Of a DNA stretch of 64,000 nucleotides, positions 1 to 14,600 are shown in pieces; the stretch's first letter is position 1; every line of letters begins with the position of its first letter. The notes under the pieces were generated by a model, which was not told the origin of the DNA, ran no database searches, and saw only the letters and a list, made by a program, of their open reading frames with translations. This DNA is from Rhina ancylostomus. Lineage: Eukaryota. Made by a program: the position numbers and the translations under genes. Location: the NCBI GenBank assembly GCA_030265395.1, contig JARFYF010000002.1:48556804-48620803 (forward strand), in the 5' to 3' direction.

Positions 1-269
1 AGTTGGGCACAGTGAGCTAGGGAAAGATGGCATGCAGCAGAAGCAGCTGAATGGATAGTTTGTCTTGGTGGAAAAGAATTTCATGAGGACCTTGTAGTTG
101 TTGGAGGTGAGGGTGGAGTATGCAGGGGAACGAGGTTAAGGACAATATTTGATGATCCTGGAATAATGAACATCTTTGGCAGAGAACTATGCCGCTTTAT
201 GTGGTGTAAAGGATATTTTGAATATTTCAATCAATTACTGAAGATCTTAGGTACAATGTAATCTAACAG

Positions 270-1355
270 TAATCAGTTGGATACACAATTGGCTTGATGG
301 TAGAAAGCAGAGGGTGACAGTGGAAAGATGTTACTGGGACTGGAGGTTTGTGACTAGTGGTGTGCCTCAGTGGTCGGTGCTGGCCCATTGTTGTTTGTCA
401 TCTATATGAACAATTTGTATAAGAATGTACAGGGCATAGCTAGTAAGTTTGCAGATGACTCCAACATAGGTGGTGTAGTGGACAATGAAGATGGTTATCA
501 AAACTTACAGGGGGATTTTGATCAGCTGAGTAAGTGNNNNNNNNNNNNNNNNNNNNNNNNNNNNNNNNNNAAGTGCAAGGTGTTGCATTTTGGAAAGTCA
601 TATCCAGGTAGGACTTGCACAGTGAAGAGCAGGGCCATGGGGAGTGTTGTAGGACAGAGGGACCCTGGAGTACAAGTACATAGTTCACTGAAAAGTGGAG
701 TCGCAGGTAGACAGGGTGGGGGAAAAAGGCTTTTGATAGACTGGCCTTCATGAGTTAGGGCATTGACTATAAAGGTTGAAGGTTCTGATGCGGATGTACA
801 AGACACTGGTGAGGCCACACCTGGATTATTGTGTTCAGTTTTGGTCACCTGCTTTCAGAAAGGTGTTATTTAACTGGAAAGAGTGCAGAAAAGATTTACA
901 AGGATGCTGCCAGGACTTGAGGAACTGAGTTATAGGGAGAGGTTGGGCAGGCTAAGACTTCACTCTTTTTAGAGTGTAGGAGATTGAGAGGTGATTTTAT
1001 GGTGTATAAAATCATGAGGGGCATAGGGTGAATGCACTTGGTCACTTTCCCAGAGTTTGGGTAACAATAATTAGAGGACATTGATTTAAAATGAAAGATT
1101 TTAAGAGGAAATTGAGGGGTCACTTTTTTACACAATGTGTGGTATTGAGGTGGAATCAGCTGCTAGAAGTGGTTGAGGCAGGTGTAATAACAACTCTTAA
1201 AAGACAGTTGGATATGTAGATGGATTAGAAAAGTTTAGAATGTTATGGGCCAAATCCTGGCAAATGGCACTAGCTTGGATGGGGCAACTTGGTTGGCAAG
1301 AACCAGTTGGGCTGAAGGGCCTGTTTCCATTTTGTATAACTCCATGACTCTATGC
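270..1355 (+). mobile_element. CR1 (HER1-like) LINE, 5'-truncated and decayed
   Basis: RT motifs GPLLFVIYMNNL, SKFADD, KCKVLHFG; 3' tail gggctgaagggcctgtttcc..tgactctatg. Confidence 0.92.
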
Positions 1356-1744
1356 ATAATGAACAAATACTTACTTAGCAATTTCAGTTAGAATCTTGCA
1401 TCCTTTTTTATGTGTAAAATCTTTGTAACTCTGCAAAAAGAATGGTAAAGGTTTTTTAATTGAGTTTCAGAATCTTAGCATATTTGTTTGTCAGTCATCG
1501 GATCACAGCTGCAAGTTAAAATGGACCATGCCATCAAAGTTAAACTTGCCTCTTCATGTTTTTTCACTCAACTTTGTTAGCAAGACATTATTACTTAGAG
1601 CTCCCTAAAGGCAAGCGAAGTACCATGCAGCTTTATTCCTAAGCACTTGTAGAATTAGCGAAGTAATCTGAAATGGTTCTGCATCTATAATGAATGTTCC
1701 GTTGTGTCCTGTTATACATAGCAGTGGCACAGATGCTAATCTGT

Positions 1745-2010
1745 GCAATGGGTAGTGCTGCTGCTTCATTGCTCAAGTGACCTGGGTTCAGTCCTTGTCT
1801 TCAGTTCTGTCTCCCAGTGACCAAGTGGATTTCCCCAGATCCTCTGGTTTCTTCTCATTCTATAGGTATGCAGGGTAGTAGGGTAATTGCCCTTGGTGTG
1901 TAGGGTTGATGGGAACATGGGAAAATAGGTTACAGGAAAAAATAGTGAGGAATGGGATTGCCCTGCGACTTCTCATGATTCAAAGCTGAAATGTCGTCCT
2001 GTGTTGTAAA
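1745..2010 (+). mobile_element. V-SINE/HE1-like tRNA SINE, degraded
   Basis: tRNA-like head (gctgctgcttcat..gacctgggttcagtcct) followed by a V-domain-like segment. Confidence 0.65.
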
Positions 2011-2794
2011 GAAGTACGGTGTGTTAACTCCCTTGACTCTTTCTACTTTGTGTACATTTACTTGATTTCTCCCTCCCAAGAAGTCAACATGGATAAGATA
2101 AGATCAGATGCTTTCTTTTGTGTTAATTGTAGCAAAAAAATAAATCCAAATTAACAAACAAAGAAATTGAAAATAGTAACAAATTTAGTTTCTGTTTCCA
2201 CCATCTTTTGACTCCGACTCCTGAATGGAAAAAATGTTTGTTCAAGGCCTTTAAAGATGGGTCCAGCAGAATTTATGCAGTATGGGGAGGAAAAGAATTC
2301 TGAGTATCGTCTATATTGATGATAGAAAGGAAAATGACATTAGGAGCATTACATTATTTGTCCTTTGTTTAACATTTTAATTTGTGTTGGCATTACAATT
2401 CATGAATAACTAATCCGTAACAATGGAGCTAGAACCTCATCTGCACCTGCAGCCACATGTTCATCAGTTGCAGGATGATGTCTCCACACCACTTTTTGAT
2501 CATAGTTGTGCCTGAACCTCCAATATCATGCAGGAGTTGGGGTCTGTGACAGTTGGTGAGTCGATGATGTGATGGGTTGTTTAGGAGATTGAGATCTGGA
2601 TATGATCGATCTGAATCCAGGTATCAAGTGATGGGGTTCGGTTATGGAGAGCAAGGACTGTTGTAGGAGAGATTTTGTTTATGGGGTTGGTCTGGTGATT
2701 GGGATTGGCCTAATTGAAGCCCGCAATTCAGATGGTTAGGGATTATGAGGCATTTCAAAAGATCAGAGCCTTTGGGTTGAGGGGTCAATAGACA

Positions 2795-3107
2795 AGGTAA
2801 ATTGACTTAGGTATAGTGAAAAACATTTGTTTTGCATGCCATCCGTACAGATCATTTCATCATATCAGTACATTGTAGTACAATGGAAAAGCAATGGCAG
2901 AGTATAGTGTTACTATTACAGAGAAAGTGCAGGCAGACAATAAGGTGCAAGGCCATAACGAGGTAGACTGAGAGGTCAAGAGTCTACCTTATTTGTATTA
3001 GGGAACCATTTAATAGTCATATAACAGCAGGATATAAGCTGTCCTTGAGCCTGATGGTATGTGCTTGCAGGCTTTTGTATCTTCTGCCTGATGGGGGTGG
3101 GGTGGGG
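2795..3107 (-). mobile_element. Rex1/Babar-like LINE 3' end
   Basis: Minus strand reads PSGRRYKSLQAHTIRLKDSLYPAVI*LLNG, typical of the Rex1 ORF C-terminus, followed by a 3' UTR. Confidence 0.7.
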
Positions 3108-3939
3108 NNNNNNNNNNNNNNNNNNNNNNNNNNNNNNNNNNNNNNNNNNNNNNNNNNNNNNNNNNNNNNNNNNNNNNNNNNNNNNNNNNNNNNNNNNNNN
3201 NNNNNNNNNNNNNNNNNNNNNNNNNNNNNNNNNNNCTTGTGATCTCAAAATTGGGGGGGGGGGGGCGGGGGGAGGGCATATGGGGCATTGAGTTTGGGGG
3301 AATGTGCTGCAGGTCTGCAAAATGGGGAGAGTTGAGGGACTCAAAGTAGAGCAAGTAAGTAAATAACATTGCATAGCTGTAGAACAAGCACCTTTATTCA
3401 AAACTGGTTGGATTGAAAGTTCACTGGCTGTGGCCTGCTTTGGAATGATGTGAACTGGTAAAGTGTTATCAAGAATGACATCATTACCTGTGTGTCTGAC
3501 GTGGAAAATGACTGACCTGTGCAAGCATGATTCCTGACAAGATATGCCAGGTTGAAATTTTGGAATGGTTCATTCAGCAAAAAAAATCTGTCATATTCCA
3601 CTCTAGGATAATTAGAGTTTTCGCACATGTTGGAAATTCTGTGCTAGGAATACACAGAATTTCAGTTACTTTTTGGTTTTGGTATACAATTTCAGTCCCA
3701 GAAACAGTGTTGAATGGCCTCCAGTGTGAAAATCCAGTCTGAAGTAATTTGTGCCACAAGAAAATGCATTCTGGATTTTAAAATTCCTGGTGGTTCCAAT
3801 GTACCTGCCGGTATTCATCTGTTAAACTTGTAATTAGTCCGGCACTTGCACGCATGTAGTGTGAAACATGGAAGCCCTGTGTTAATGATGGCAGATTTGG
3901 ATGGTGAAATCCATTTGTTCAATGAATATCAAAGTAACC

Positions 3940-4048
3940 TCTGTTGGAAATCTGAAATAAAAATAGAAAACACTCAGCAGGCCAGGCAGCATCTGTGGAA
4001 AGAAAAACAGTTAAAATTTTGGGTCCGAGGCCCTTCATTGAAACTGGG
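3940..4048 (-). repeat. Penelope pLTR-derived fragment
   Basis: ggaaatctgaaataaaa..cactcagcaggccaggcagcatctgtggaaaga..gggtccgaggcccttcattg; similar to the pLTR at 45341-45440. Confidence 0.7.
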
Positions 4049-5582
4049 AAAGACAGAGAAGTTGTTTATCAGCAGCAGAGAAGTGCAGTCCACTGCTGGT
4101 CTCCACATGGAATCAAAGGTCAGGGCCTGTTCTGGATAAGATTCTTCATGTCTACCACTAGGGAATTGACTCTCACATCCTGCACAAAATCAGACCTGAT
4201 GCAGGATCCAAAACCACATTGATTTTAACGGGGATCATAGAGCGAAGATTTAGGAGATTACTTAAGTTTATTCTGCTTTACTTTAATGTATTAATTATTT
4301 GCATTTTGTTCACCTTTTTGAAAAAGACTTGATTATTTTTTTTAAATTGTTTTTAACAATTGTGCCATCTGAACCTGCTGCCATCCTGACAATGAGCTAC
4401 AGTGGGCCAGTGAGATTGACTGGTTGTATCCAGGCAGAGCAAGTGGGGGAATGAGTGAACTGCAGGCATGATTGTGGCTGCGAACAGTCAGCAAGGTCTG
4501 GCCCTTTAACTCTCAAGTTTCTTCTAAGATTTCTATTCATGCCATTTGAGACTCAAGTGCACTGAATCAAATCTAATATACCTTCTGGCAGGCAAAGAAT
4601 TCAAAAGATCAGGAAAAAAAATTGAAGTAGTCATGTTTTACTTGAGCACAAAAGAATTACTTTCTCAGAATGCTTTTATGTGGTGAATTGTGATTGCAGG
4701 CACATTGAGAGTGGTGGATGAAAATTCTTGGTGAACCTAATCCATTTTGAGGGCTGTTCTCGCTCAGTACAAATGGACTCTGAGCATTGAATCAGTGCTC
4801 ACAGGCAGCTCAGCCAGTAGGGTTGTGGGAAATCCAGAACCTCTACTGGGGAAGTCAAGCCATCAATCTAGTAGTAGGAGGGTGAAAGTATTTGAGGATG
4901 GGCAAGTGCAGATGAGTGGCAGCAGGCTGGAAGNNNNNNNNNNNNNNNNNNNNNNNNNNNNNNNNNNNNNNNNNNNNNNNNNNNNNNNNNNNNNNNNNNN
5001 NNNNNNNNNNNNNNNNNNNNNNNNNNNNNNNNNAGTGGCAGCAGGCTGGAAGATTAGTGTGCTAAATAATCAGTAGAGCTATCTTTAAGAACTGTTAAAG
5101 CTGCTGCACATAATGTACACTAAGCCCATTTTGCACCTCAGAATTTTCTTAATATCCTATCAATTGCTACATATACACAGTTATCAATTTTAAATGGCTT
5201 TCTGCCAGAAGTGAGCCAGCACTTGTCCAACTTTGTCAAATTCCTTGTGAAATTTTCTGGTAAGTTGAGAATGGGGAAAAGGTGCTGCTGCTGTCTCTTT
5301 CTATTGTATGCAGTTCTTGGATGTTAGGACAGTTTTATATTCGGGATACATATGGTAGAGGTACTTGATCTCTCCAGTATATATGGCATGATTGAATTTG
5401 GCTGGGAGCATTGTAACGCACCTTATTTAGCTTTGGATGAAGAGGGTAAGGTTCTGCTTACTAGTGGCCATGATATTTTAAGTTTGGTGACCTCCATGGT
5501 TATGAGAACTTTGAAAGCAAAAGAAGGCAGTCTTGGTTAATTCAGTGACTGGATGAAAAGTAATGTCATTTATGAAATTTAG

Positions 5583-5682
5583 GAAGAGAAGCCAGGAGAG
5601 CTGAAGATGCTGAAAGTAACTCAAAACAATCAAGCTCGAGCTCGGAGAAAAAGAAAATGTGACTCTGGATTATTAAAACAAA
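5583..5682 (+). CDS. L3MBTL3: L3MBTL3 exon, basic (NLS-like) segment before MBT1
   Basis: tttag|GAA..CAA A|gtaagt; EEKPGELKMLKVTQNNQARARRKRKCDSGLLKQ; acceptor less certain than donor. Confidence 0.8.
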
Positions 5683-8600
5683 GTAAGTTGCTGAATAAAA
5701 ATATGCAGAAAACTTGGGTTCAAGGTCCAATCAATTAATAAGCATTACTGTTTAAGGCTACCTCTGCTCCTAGGCATTTTTCCTTTGTTGGCAACTTGAA
5801 GTTGGTATGGAAATGAGCCAAGCAGGGAGAGGAGTGAAGAGCTTTTTTTTAACTTTCCTGTTTATACTAGTAAATTTATGTTACTTAAAAAACAATATTA
5901 GAGTTGTATTATAAAAGCTGTTGAAAATCTATATCCTGCTGGCTTTTACTATGGGCATGTAGCAAAACCTGTCTCTGTTTAAAAATAGTTAATTTTATAA
6001 ACAAAAGTGCTTGAAGTTGATGAGGTCAATATAACAAGAAAACTATAGAAAATTAATCCCATAGATCTACTAATACTTAGCAATGGAGCAGTTTTATGCT
6101 TTGAATGCTATGATTGTTTTTAAGGGCAATGTGATTGTCCAATTGTTGCAAATGTTGGACAGGTAACCAGGTTTGCTTCCGAGCCATGATTGATAATTGG
6201 GGGTTAAAGTTAACCTTTCTCATCAGGCAGGAAATTCATGTGATTGGATCACCAGTTTTACCCACCATGTGGTGTAGGGTTGTAATCAAAATTGCTTAAT
6301 TTTTTGACCCAATTTTGAGAGTTTTTTTTCTTGAACTATTGGATGGAACACCTAAATGATAATTAGACCTGGAGGGAATAAAACTTGGGCAAGATCTCAG
6401 ATATGGCTTATTAGGCATTATAATGGCTCCTATAACAGCTGTTCAAGTTGAATATCAAATCTTTGCCACTTTAAAATAGTTGTCATGCAATTCAGTTTTG
6501 TGTAATTTAGTCCTATTTATAAAATCCTGTCAAAATGTATTATGCATTTAGAAACTATTTGCCTAATGTGTTCTACACTTTTTGTTTTACTTTGCAGCTT
6601 TAACTTTCGGAGGAAAGAGAAAAACCTGGTGTTGGGCCTCTTATTTGGAAGAGGAGAAAGCTGTGGCAGCACCTACAAAGCTTTTTAGAGAGGTTAGATC
6701 CTAATTATACAATTGTTAAATTATATATATATCATGGTCACATAGTAAAATGTGAATATGCATGGTGTGTGGTAAATTTTACATGTTGTTGCCTAGAGAT
6801 TGTTATTCATCCTTATGGATGCATTAGATAAATGTAGCAGTGAAATAATTAAGAATATGCCTTCCTGTACTCTGTTTTAGAGGTTGAATTTAGGAAATTT
6901 AAAGGCTTCAGGGACTGTTGGGTAGGGCAGGGTAGTGGGGTGGGGAGGGGTAGGAGATGGTGGCAGATCCAAGAGGTGGAACTGGAAGCATGATGGCAGT
7001 GTCAATGGATTACTAGGGATGCCGATAATTGGGTGAAGAGGTAAGTTGTTAAATTTCTGGCAGGTGTCCCAGTGTATTAATGTGTGGAAGACCATGCAGT
7101 TCTAGGAATGCCTTAAAGTGATCATTCCAGGCACAAGGTCATTCAAGTTCACCTGCAATGTTGCATCTCAAGTATTGCATGAGAACTGATGATAGCAACA
7201 CAGAAAAACATAGCAAGAGTGTAAGGGTGACTTATGCACACAAGTACCTATTTGAATTTCTGGAACCTCACACAATGACTAGGAAATGATTGTTACTTGG
7301 GTGGGCAGGGTGGAAATGACTTTAAATTGCATAACAATGGGGAAGAAAAGTATAATGCAATGAATTTCTAAGTAAGTTTTCTGCTATTAAAAGCTGAGCA
7401 CAATTTGCAGGCTTGATGTGCAAATGGATCCAGTAAAACAAACTGTGTGTGCATGATTTTAACCACATTCAGCACCATTACTCTCCTATATTTGTAGCGA
7501 CCAATTTCATAAGGCATTTCCTTACTGATGTGTTAAAGAGTAAAGATCACCTCCCTGAAAATAACAAAAATATATTTTAGTGATTCTGGAGTCAATATGT
7601 AATAACCAGCAATAAAATATTTAATTGAATGGAGCTTGGCCTATGAAGAAGTGGAGATTATGGACAAGTGTAGAAAAACTATATATTGAGTAAAGTTAGC
7701 TGTTCCAACATGGAGCTTTGTAAATGGGAACACTGAGGGTGGAAGTGTACTCCATTGGAAGAAAATTAGTGATTGATATAAGCAGTCTGCAGTGCAGAAA
7801 TTACTGTGGGCAAAGTTGACAGATGTGCAGAATATTAGTAAACTCAACAATTATGGTGCCCAGTCATTGGGGCCAGCAATCAAACAACATGGTTGCCAAA
7901 CTGTACAAAGAGAAAGGTTATTGGAATAGTTGGAGGAACTGAGAGTATATGGAGACACAAGAGACTGCAGATGCTGGAATCTGGATCAAAAACAAACAAT
8001 CTGCTGAGTTTCTCCAGCAGTTTTGTTTTTGCTTGAGAGTATATGGAGTCTTGGTTAGATTTCACCTCTAACANNNNNNNNNNNNNNNNNNNNNNNNNNN
8101 NNNNNNNNNNNAATAGTATAGAAGAACTGAAATTTCCCTGAAACTTTGTGTTCTTTCATTTTCTCTCTTTTAGGATGTTCCTTTAAAACTTGTCTCTCTC
8201 TCCACCAAATTTGTAATCTTTCATCCTTGTATTATTCTTTTGGTTCAAGGTCAGTTTTTGACTAATTAGGATCCCATAAAACACATAGATGCTTTGTTAT
8301 TTTTGCTGAAATTCTATAAGTCTATCCCTTGTTAAGAGTGTTGTTTTGCCTTTGCAGTCAAACATTATTGTCTTACACAAACTATATTTTTCTAACATTT
8401 TCTTTCATTTTATTTTAGTATCAATCATTTCCACAGAGTAAAAATGGATTTAAAATTGGAATGAAACTTGAAGGAGTTGACCCAGAACGTCCATCGATGT
8501 ACTGTGTTCTTACTGTGGCTGAGGTATATTTCTTAATATCATCTATGAATAACATCATTGGAAACAGAATGCATTGGCGACAATAGTGAAGGAAATAGGA

Positions 8601-11600
8601 GTAACAGCTAACCTTATTTTCAAAACCTTTTTTATGTTCTATTTTGGATCCAGTTAGGTCTTCATATTTTATTGGCTTCAGTTGATATTATTTTAAACCA
8701 TAACAATTGAAAATTTATGGCATATAACAGCAAGTGAAATTTCAATAAGTTTGTTTTTCAACCTATTACTATTTTATGCTCTTAAAGTGCAAAAATTTCT
8801 TACCAATTTTTATTTGTCATCAAGATAGGATACATCTAATAAATCTATCTAGCAGATAGTAACATTTTGTGGTGATCTTCCTGGCCTTTTTCACACTTTG
8901 GGGATTATTCCTTTATAAAGTTGTCACCTCAGTAATTATCAAACTGTGACCTGTCACAAATAGCCCCTAGAAGGGGCTCTGTTTTCGTGGTGGTATTCAC
9001 CAGTGTTTGCACGTTTCTTTGACCCATGTTCACTTACATCTGTTTCTAATTGGTTTATACAATATCCTAGAAGTTGGATTAGAGAAAATCCACTTCCACC
9101 CAGTTTTCTTCTGTGTAGATAACAACTAAAACTTAATTTTGGTCACATTTTGCAGTGTTTGCATGTTTCCTGGTGAAGTTCCACCAGTGGAAAATTGGAC
9201 TAGGCTCTTCCCGCTGAGATTCACTCTAACTCAGATATTATCTTCCTATTATGTTTTTTATATGAGCACAGCTTGTATTATTTACTTAATGTTAGAAATT
9301 GGATCAAAAGGGCATGATTAATGCCCCACATAATTTACATACAGTACATCACAGTGAAACTAATGAAAACTCTGATTTTATGTGCTGCCACCCTTTCGCC
9401 ACAGACTCCTCTCCTGATCCCATCCCCATGGATATCAATTCTATGTGTTGAAAATCATTCCTTGTAATTTTTATTTCTATGTAATTTTGTTGTAACAGTC
9501 CTCAGATCAAGGCTTCTGTGAACTGCTTACAGATCAGATTCTTGCTGATTCGCTGCTGACGATCATGGGGGCTCCTCATGCAAGGTCGGGGGCTGGTCTT
9601 CAGGAAGTCCATGCACTGTTAAGCCACTGATCCCAGATAATTTTTTCCCTCTTTATAACCCCCCTTTCAGTTTGACCTGCTTTCCATAGATTAGTGCACA
9701 AATGCCTTCCTTACAAATGGTGGTATGTGTAAAGCACATTTTAGCATGGGTAAAAATTGCAATGTTTTCCTAAAGCAGGAATGTCTCAGTTTTGCAAAGC
9801 TTTTTTTGCTGATGTCTTCTTTGGTGTTGGGCTAACATTAATTTAGTTCACCAGAAATGGGTGAAATCAAATTTCTAGGTTTTGTGTATTGGGGAAAAAA
9901 AAACATAGAATACTTGTGAAATTTTGGTTACAAGATCAAGCCCAAATGAATTCTGTCTGCAATATAATTTAATCAAACTTGGACCTGTTTTTGTTGTCCT
10001 TTTAATGCAGTGGAAATTCTATGTGGCCCAAGATTGCAATCTGTTTTCAGTCAGATTGAAGCATTTACAAATAAAAAGTATTTAAAGAAACACAATGCAA
10101 CCCCAAAAGCTCTTTGCCTTGTACGAAGGGCTTATTTTTGGTTTGAGAATTCCATCATAATCTTTGCAGTGTCAATCTAACTTGATGTCTTTCTTTCATT
10201 GAGAGTGTTGGTTTCAGGTCCAAGTTCAACTGGAAATGTTGAATGTTCTTTGCTGTCTGAAAGCAGACACACTTCCTTTAATTAGGTTGATGTCTGCTCT
10301 TCACTTATTTTAAAGCTTTCATTCTTTTTAACCACACCCTTGCAGATCACACCTGATTGTGGGTAGCATGGCAAATTGCTACTGATGTGTTAGCTATTGT
10401 AAGCATTTGATTCTAGGGCTCAGACCTTAGAGTTCATCAGCCTGCCGCGTGTAATAAATAACTATTTGAAGAAAAGGCAGCATTTTTTATTATGTGTGTA
10501 ACTATAGCAAGAAGCTTTATTGAAACATATTGGCTTAGAATTTCCAATGAAGATAATGGTGTGCAATTAGCAATTGCCATTATGATGAAGGAAATCTGAC
10601 TGAGATGCACAAATGCAGTAATCTAGAAATTCTTTGGGATTGCTTCCAGCATAGGGTGAATTGTTGCACAGCAGTTAGTGTAAAATGGAGAAGGTTGTGG
10701 TTTGGGTGGGTGGTGATGGAGATGGAACTTTCATTGCTATTGGATGTGATATTATTAGCCACTGGTTGTACTTGCTGTTTGTTATTTAATTCCATTTTTT
10801 AATTTCCTGGTGAATTGATATGAACTTCAACTTATTATGTACTATCAAAGAAAAAAATGAAAATGTGTCTTTTAATTGACGTTTAACTAAACTTTTAGCA
10901 GTACAATAAGTCAGAATTTATGGCTGAACAACCCCTCTTCTGAAAAATATTTTGATATATGTGGAGTTTAATCCCTCAGCATAATTTCAAAATTTGATAT
11001 AGTTTTTCTCAACTATCTTAATCCATCTAAAAATTCCAATCCTTATTTCACTCTCTGTAAACTGTGTGAAAAGTTATAAAAATTAGAGCTTTTTGACTTC
11101 CTGGGTTATCATCTGTCAGAATTTTTCAATTTAATTGGCTATTCAATTAGTCAGATGACATCACTGTTGCAGGACAGCATAGGTTCCCTTTTTTAAAAAA
11201 AACACCAGGCAGCAACTTGGGTTGGAAAAGGAAGTTTCCAGAATTTCAGGGATTTTGTTGCACAGAGCCTTTGCTAAGATAAGATACTACCGTAATTAGA
11301 AAGAAATTCAGCAGGGTATAGATCAGTTGGAAATGTGTGTGGAGAAATGGCAGATGGCGTTTAATCTAAACAAATGGGGTGTTGCACTTTGTAAAAGGAA
11401 AGTTTATGGTAAATGGCATGACCCTTGGGAGCATTGATGTACAGAGGGATCTTGGGGTGCAAGTCTATAGCTCCCTGAAAGTGGCAACACAGTTAATAGG
11501 GTTGTATTGCATGCTTCCAGGTACCTGGAACGTGCTGCCAGGGGAGGTGGTGGAAACGGATACGATAGCAATGTTTGAGGCATTTACATAGGCACATGAA

Positions 11601-14600
11601 TAGGCAGGGAATAGGGGGGATATGGATCATGTGAAGGCAGATGGGATTAGTTTAAATTGGCATCATGGTTGACACTGGCATGATAGGCTGAAGGGACTAT
11701 TCTATTTTGAATAGCCAAGTGCAAATTGACATAAGATAAAGTAAGAACAAAAAATAGAATCAGTGGCCCAAAGAATGGTGAGGGATGAATTGTTTTCAAA
11801 CCAGTATGGGGGAAAGATGGAGCTGTTTCAGTCGGACAGGCTTCACTTCAATTGGGCTGGGGCCAGTATCCTAGTGAATTAAATAACTAGAGCTGTAAAT
11901 GAGATTTCAAATTAAATATTGTGGACTGGGAGCAGTGGGATGGTTCAGGTGAGGGAAAATTTAGGAAGTTAAAGAGAAAGAACAAGATGATGATATTGTG
12001 AAGTGGGTGATGAGAACCAGAATTTGCCAGGTGGGACAGTATATACAAACATACAAATATGTCTCCACTCATGGGTTCTGTTCACTGTGGTAGATTGGAA
12101 GCCACATTTCTGAAGCCAAATTGGCTTCTCATGCATCCAGCTCCCCCTCATCTTCCACAAGGCTGAAAAGCAGAGACGCAAGATATTTATTTAATATTTT
12201 TTTTTCTGCTGTTGCTTTTTGTTAGATTTTTAAGTTGCTGCATTGCCAAAAGTATGGAGGAGTAGGAATCTGATTTGCCACTTTTTCTCCAGGCACTGTT
12301 TCAAAATCTGGGATTGGAGGCATTTGCATCACTCCATGTATACCTTCAGGAATTTTTGAATATGCAAATATGACTCCTTCTCACATTGCTACTTTTTTCT
12401 GATTTCTGTTGGTCATTAGTGCCAAGCAGTGTATCACATGGCCATACTTTGGTTTCGTGGCGCATGATATCATATGGTATCAATATGGATATTGCAGATT
12501 CAGGGATACTTGACTGTTTTGATCAAATTTTGCTAATTAAGGGCAAAAAGAAGAGTCTTCATGGAGCTAGAAACTCCATTCCACATTCTTTTCACCTCTT
12601 TTAACCACTCCTTTGATTGTGTAATATTTTTCTTCACTACATGGTGTCTTTTCAGTTGAAGAGTTAAAATAGTTTAAATGGTGGATATTTTGAAATGTTT
12701 AATGCATGATCTACAAATAATCTGACTTCTCAGGTGTGTGGCTACAGAATAAGGCTCCACTTTGACAAATACTCTGATTGCTATGACTTCTGGGTAAATG
12801 CAGACTCACCAGACATTCACCCTGTGGGATGGTGTGAGAAAACTGGACATAAGCTTAATCCTCCCAGAGGTAAGTTTCAGACGTGACTTGTGTGGATCAC
12901 TTTCAAGTCTTTATTAAATGGTTATCAAGTATTACAGTAAATGATGGGGAATCACTGTCCTTAATCACTTAAAAAAATGCTGTGAAATATCTTTTAAACA
13001 TTTGCATCATGTTCTCTTTTGAAGTTTAACCTGATATCTCAAGGGTGGTAAAGAATGCCAAAAAAAAGTCCTGATGAATCACAAATTTATAATTTTCCTT
13101 GCTACTGTGTTTTGCACTTGAGCCCTGTGAATGTTTTGAGCCTAATAGGACAGGAAAAGAGCACCTAGTTCATCAACACTGTTCCATCCCAGATAAGGAA
13201 GCATTTTCATAACATTAAAACTGTACTCCATTTTTGATTTGAGTACATCTATATGAATGCTTTGTGTTTATCATTTATGGCTTCTTTGTTCACGAATGCA
13301 GTAAGCTAGATTGATATTATCTGGCTGAATTTTGGAGAGATAAGCAGCTGGAGAGCAGAGCAAAGTCTGACAAGTGTATGGGAGCAGAAGGAAATAAATC
13401 ATCAAGTGCTCATTAAAGAGAAGGAGGGATTAGCTTAATATGGGATTGTTTCAGACATGTAATTCTGATGGGTCAGTTCAGCGCTCTTTCTGTTTGACAA
13501 GCAGTGTTGTAAGCACACTGATGCAATATTCCTAGCAATTTGTGTTTCTGTTCAGCGGGCAAGTTTCCCAAGACATGAGAAATTCAGCTTGGGTTCATTA
13601 AAATTAACAGTTGAGTTAAACTGGAAGTGTAAAATCTCCTTTTCTTAAAAAAAATTGATTGACCCATCTCATGCCCTCTAGTGGAAGGAGATTTAATGTG
13701 TGAAAGTCAAAAACAAACCTCAGACGCTGGAAATCAGAAATAAAAACAGAAAATATATATAAGCACCCAACAGATCAGGCAACAACTGTGGGAAGAGAAA
13801 CAGAATTAATGTTTTAGGCTAAAGACCCTTGGGTTTCTCTTATTTATATTTTGGAAAGCTAGTGTAATTGGATTTCCACTCTTTATTTTAAACACCCAGC
13901 CCTCCTCCAGCTCCACTGGAAGTTTAAAGTTACCAAGACATTTATAAAGGTATTTTGAACTTTTTCCTCAATTTTAGCAGAAAAAAATAGAGGAACTCAC
14001 TAATGGATTTTTGTGACAAAATTGAGTTACTTTTCATTTTTTGTGATCATGAAATGAGTAAGTGTTTTTGCTGCACCTGGATTGATATGTAATTGGGAAA
14101 TGGAAGAAAGTCCTATCTCAGGTAAATTTTCTTTTTATGAACTTGTCGATATTTTGGTTGTGAACAAAATCAGTTCATTAGATGCTTGTTTCGAAAAATG
14201 TCCATCGCCAAGTGAAATAAATTGCTTTCGAAGTTTGGTTAAGTAATAGGATATCCATTCAAGGACTGATAAATAGTTTTCTGTGGAAGTACTTTGAATA
14301 AATAGTTTAATAAATCATTTCTTGCACCAAGAAACAGAAGGAGGGACATTTAAAAGACTCTTAGACATGTGAATGATAAAGAAATGGAGGGCTATGTGGG
14401 AGGGAGGGGTTAGGTAGATATTAGAGCAGGATAAAATGGCGGCACATCATAGGCCGAAGGGCCTGTACTGTGCTGTAACGTTCTATGTTCAATAAAATTC
14501 AGATGAAACATAGGAAACACATTGGGAATAGACTATTTTATTTAGGTACTTGCATCTCCTTGTTAGATTAAAACAACAACAGTTTTGATAAATCAGTACA

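Noticed and set aside
1-5582. Search for further upstream L3MBTL3 exons or a promoter
   Set aside because: No segment with both splice signals and recognisable homology, and no CpG island; upstream exons probably lie outside the window, though a divergent short exon could have been missed
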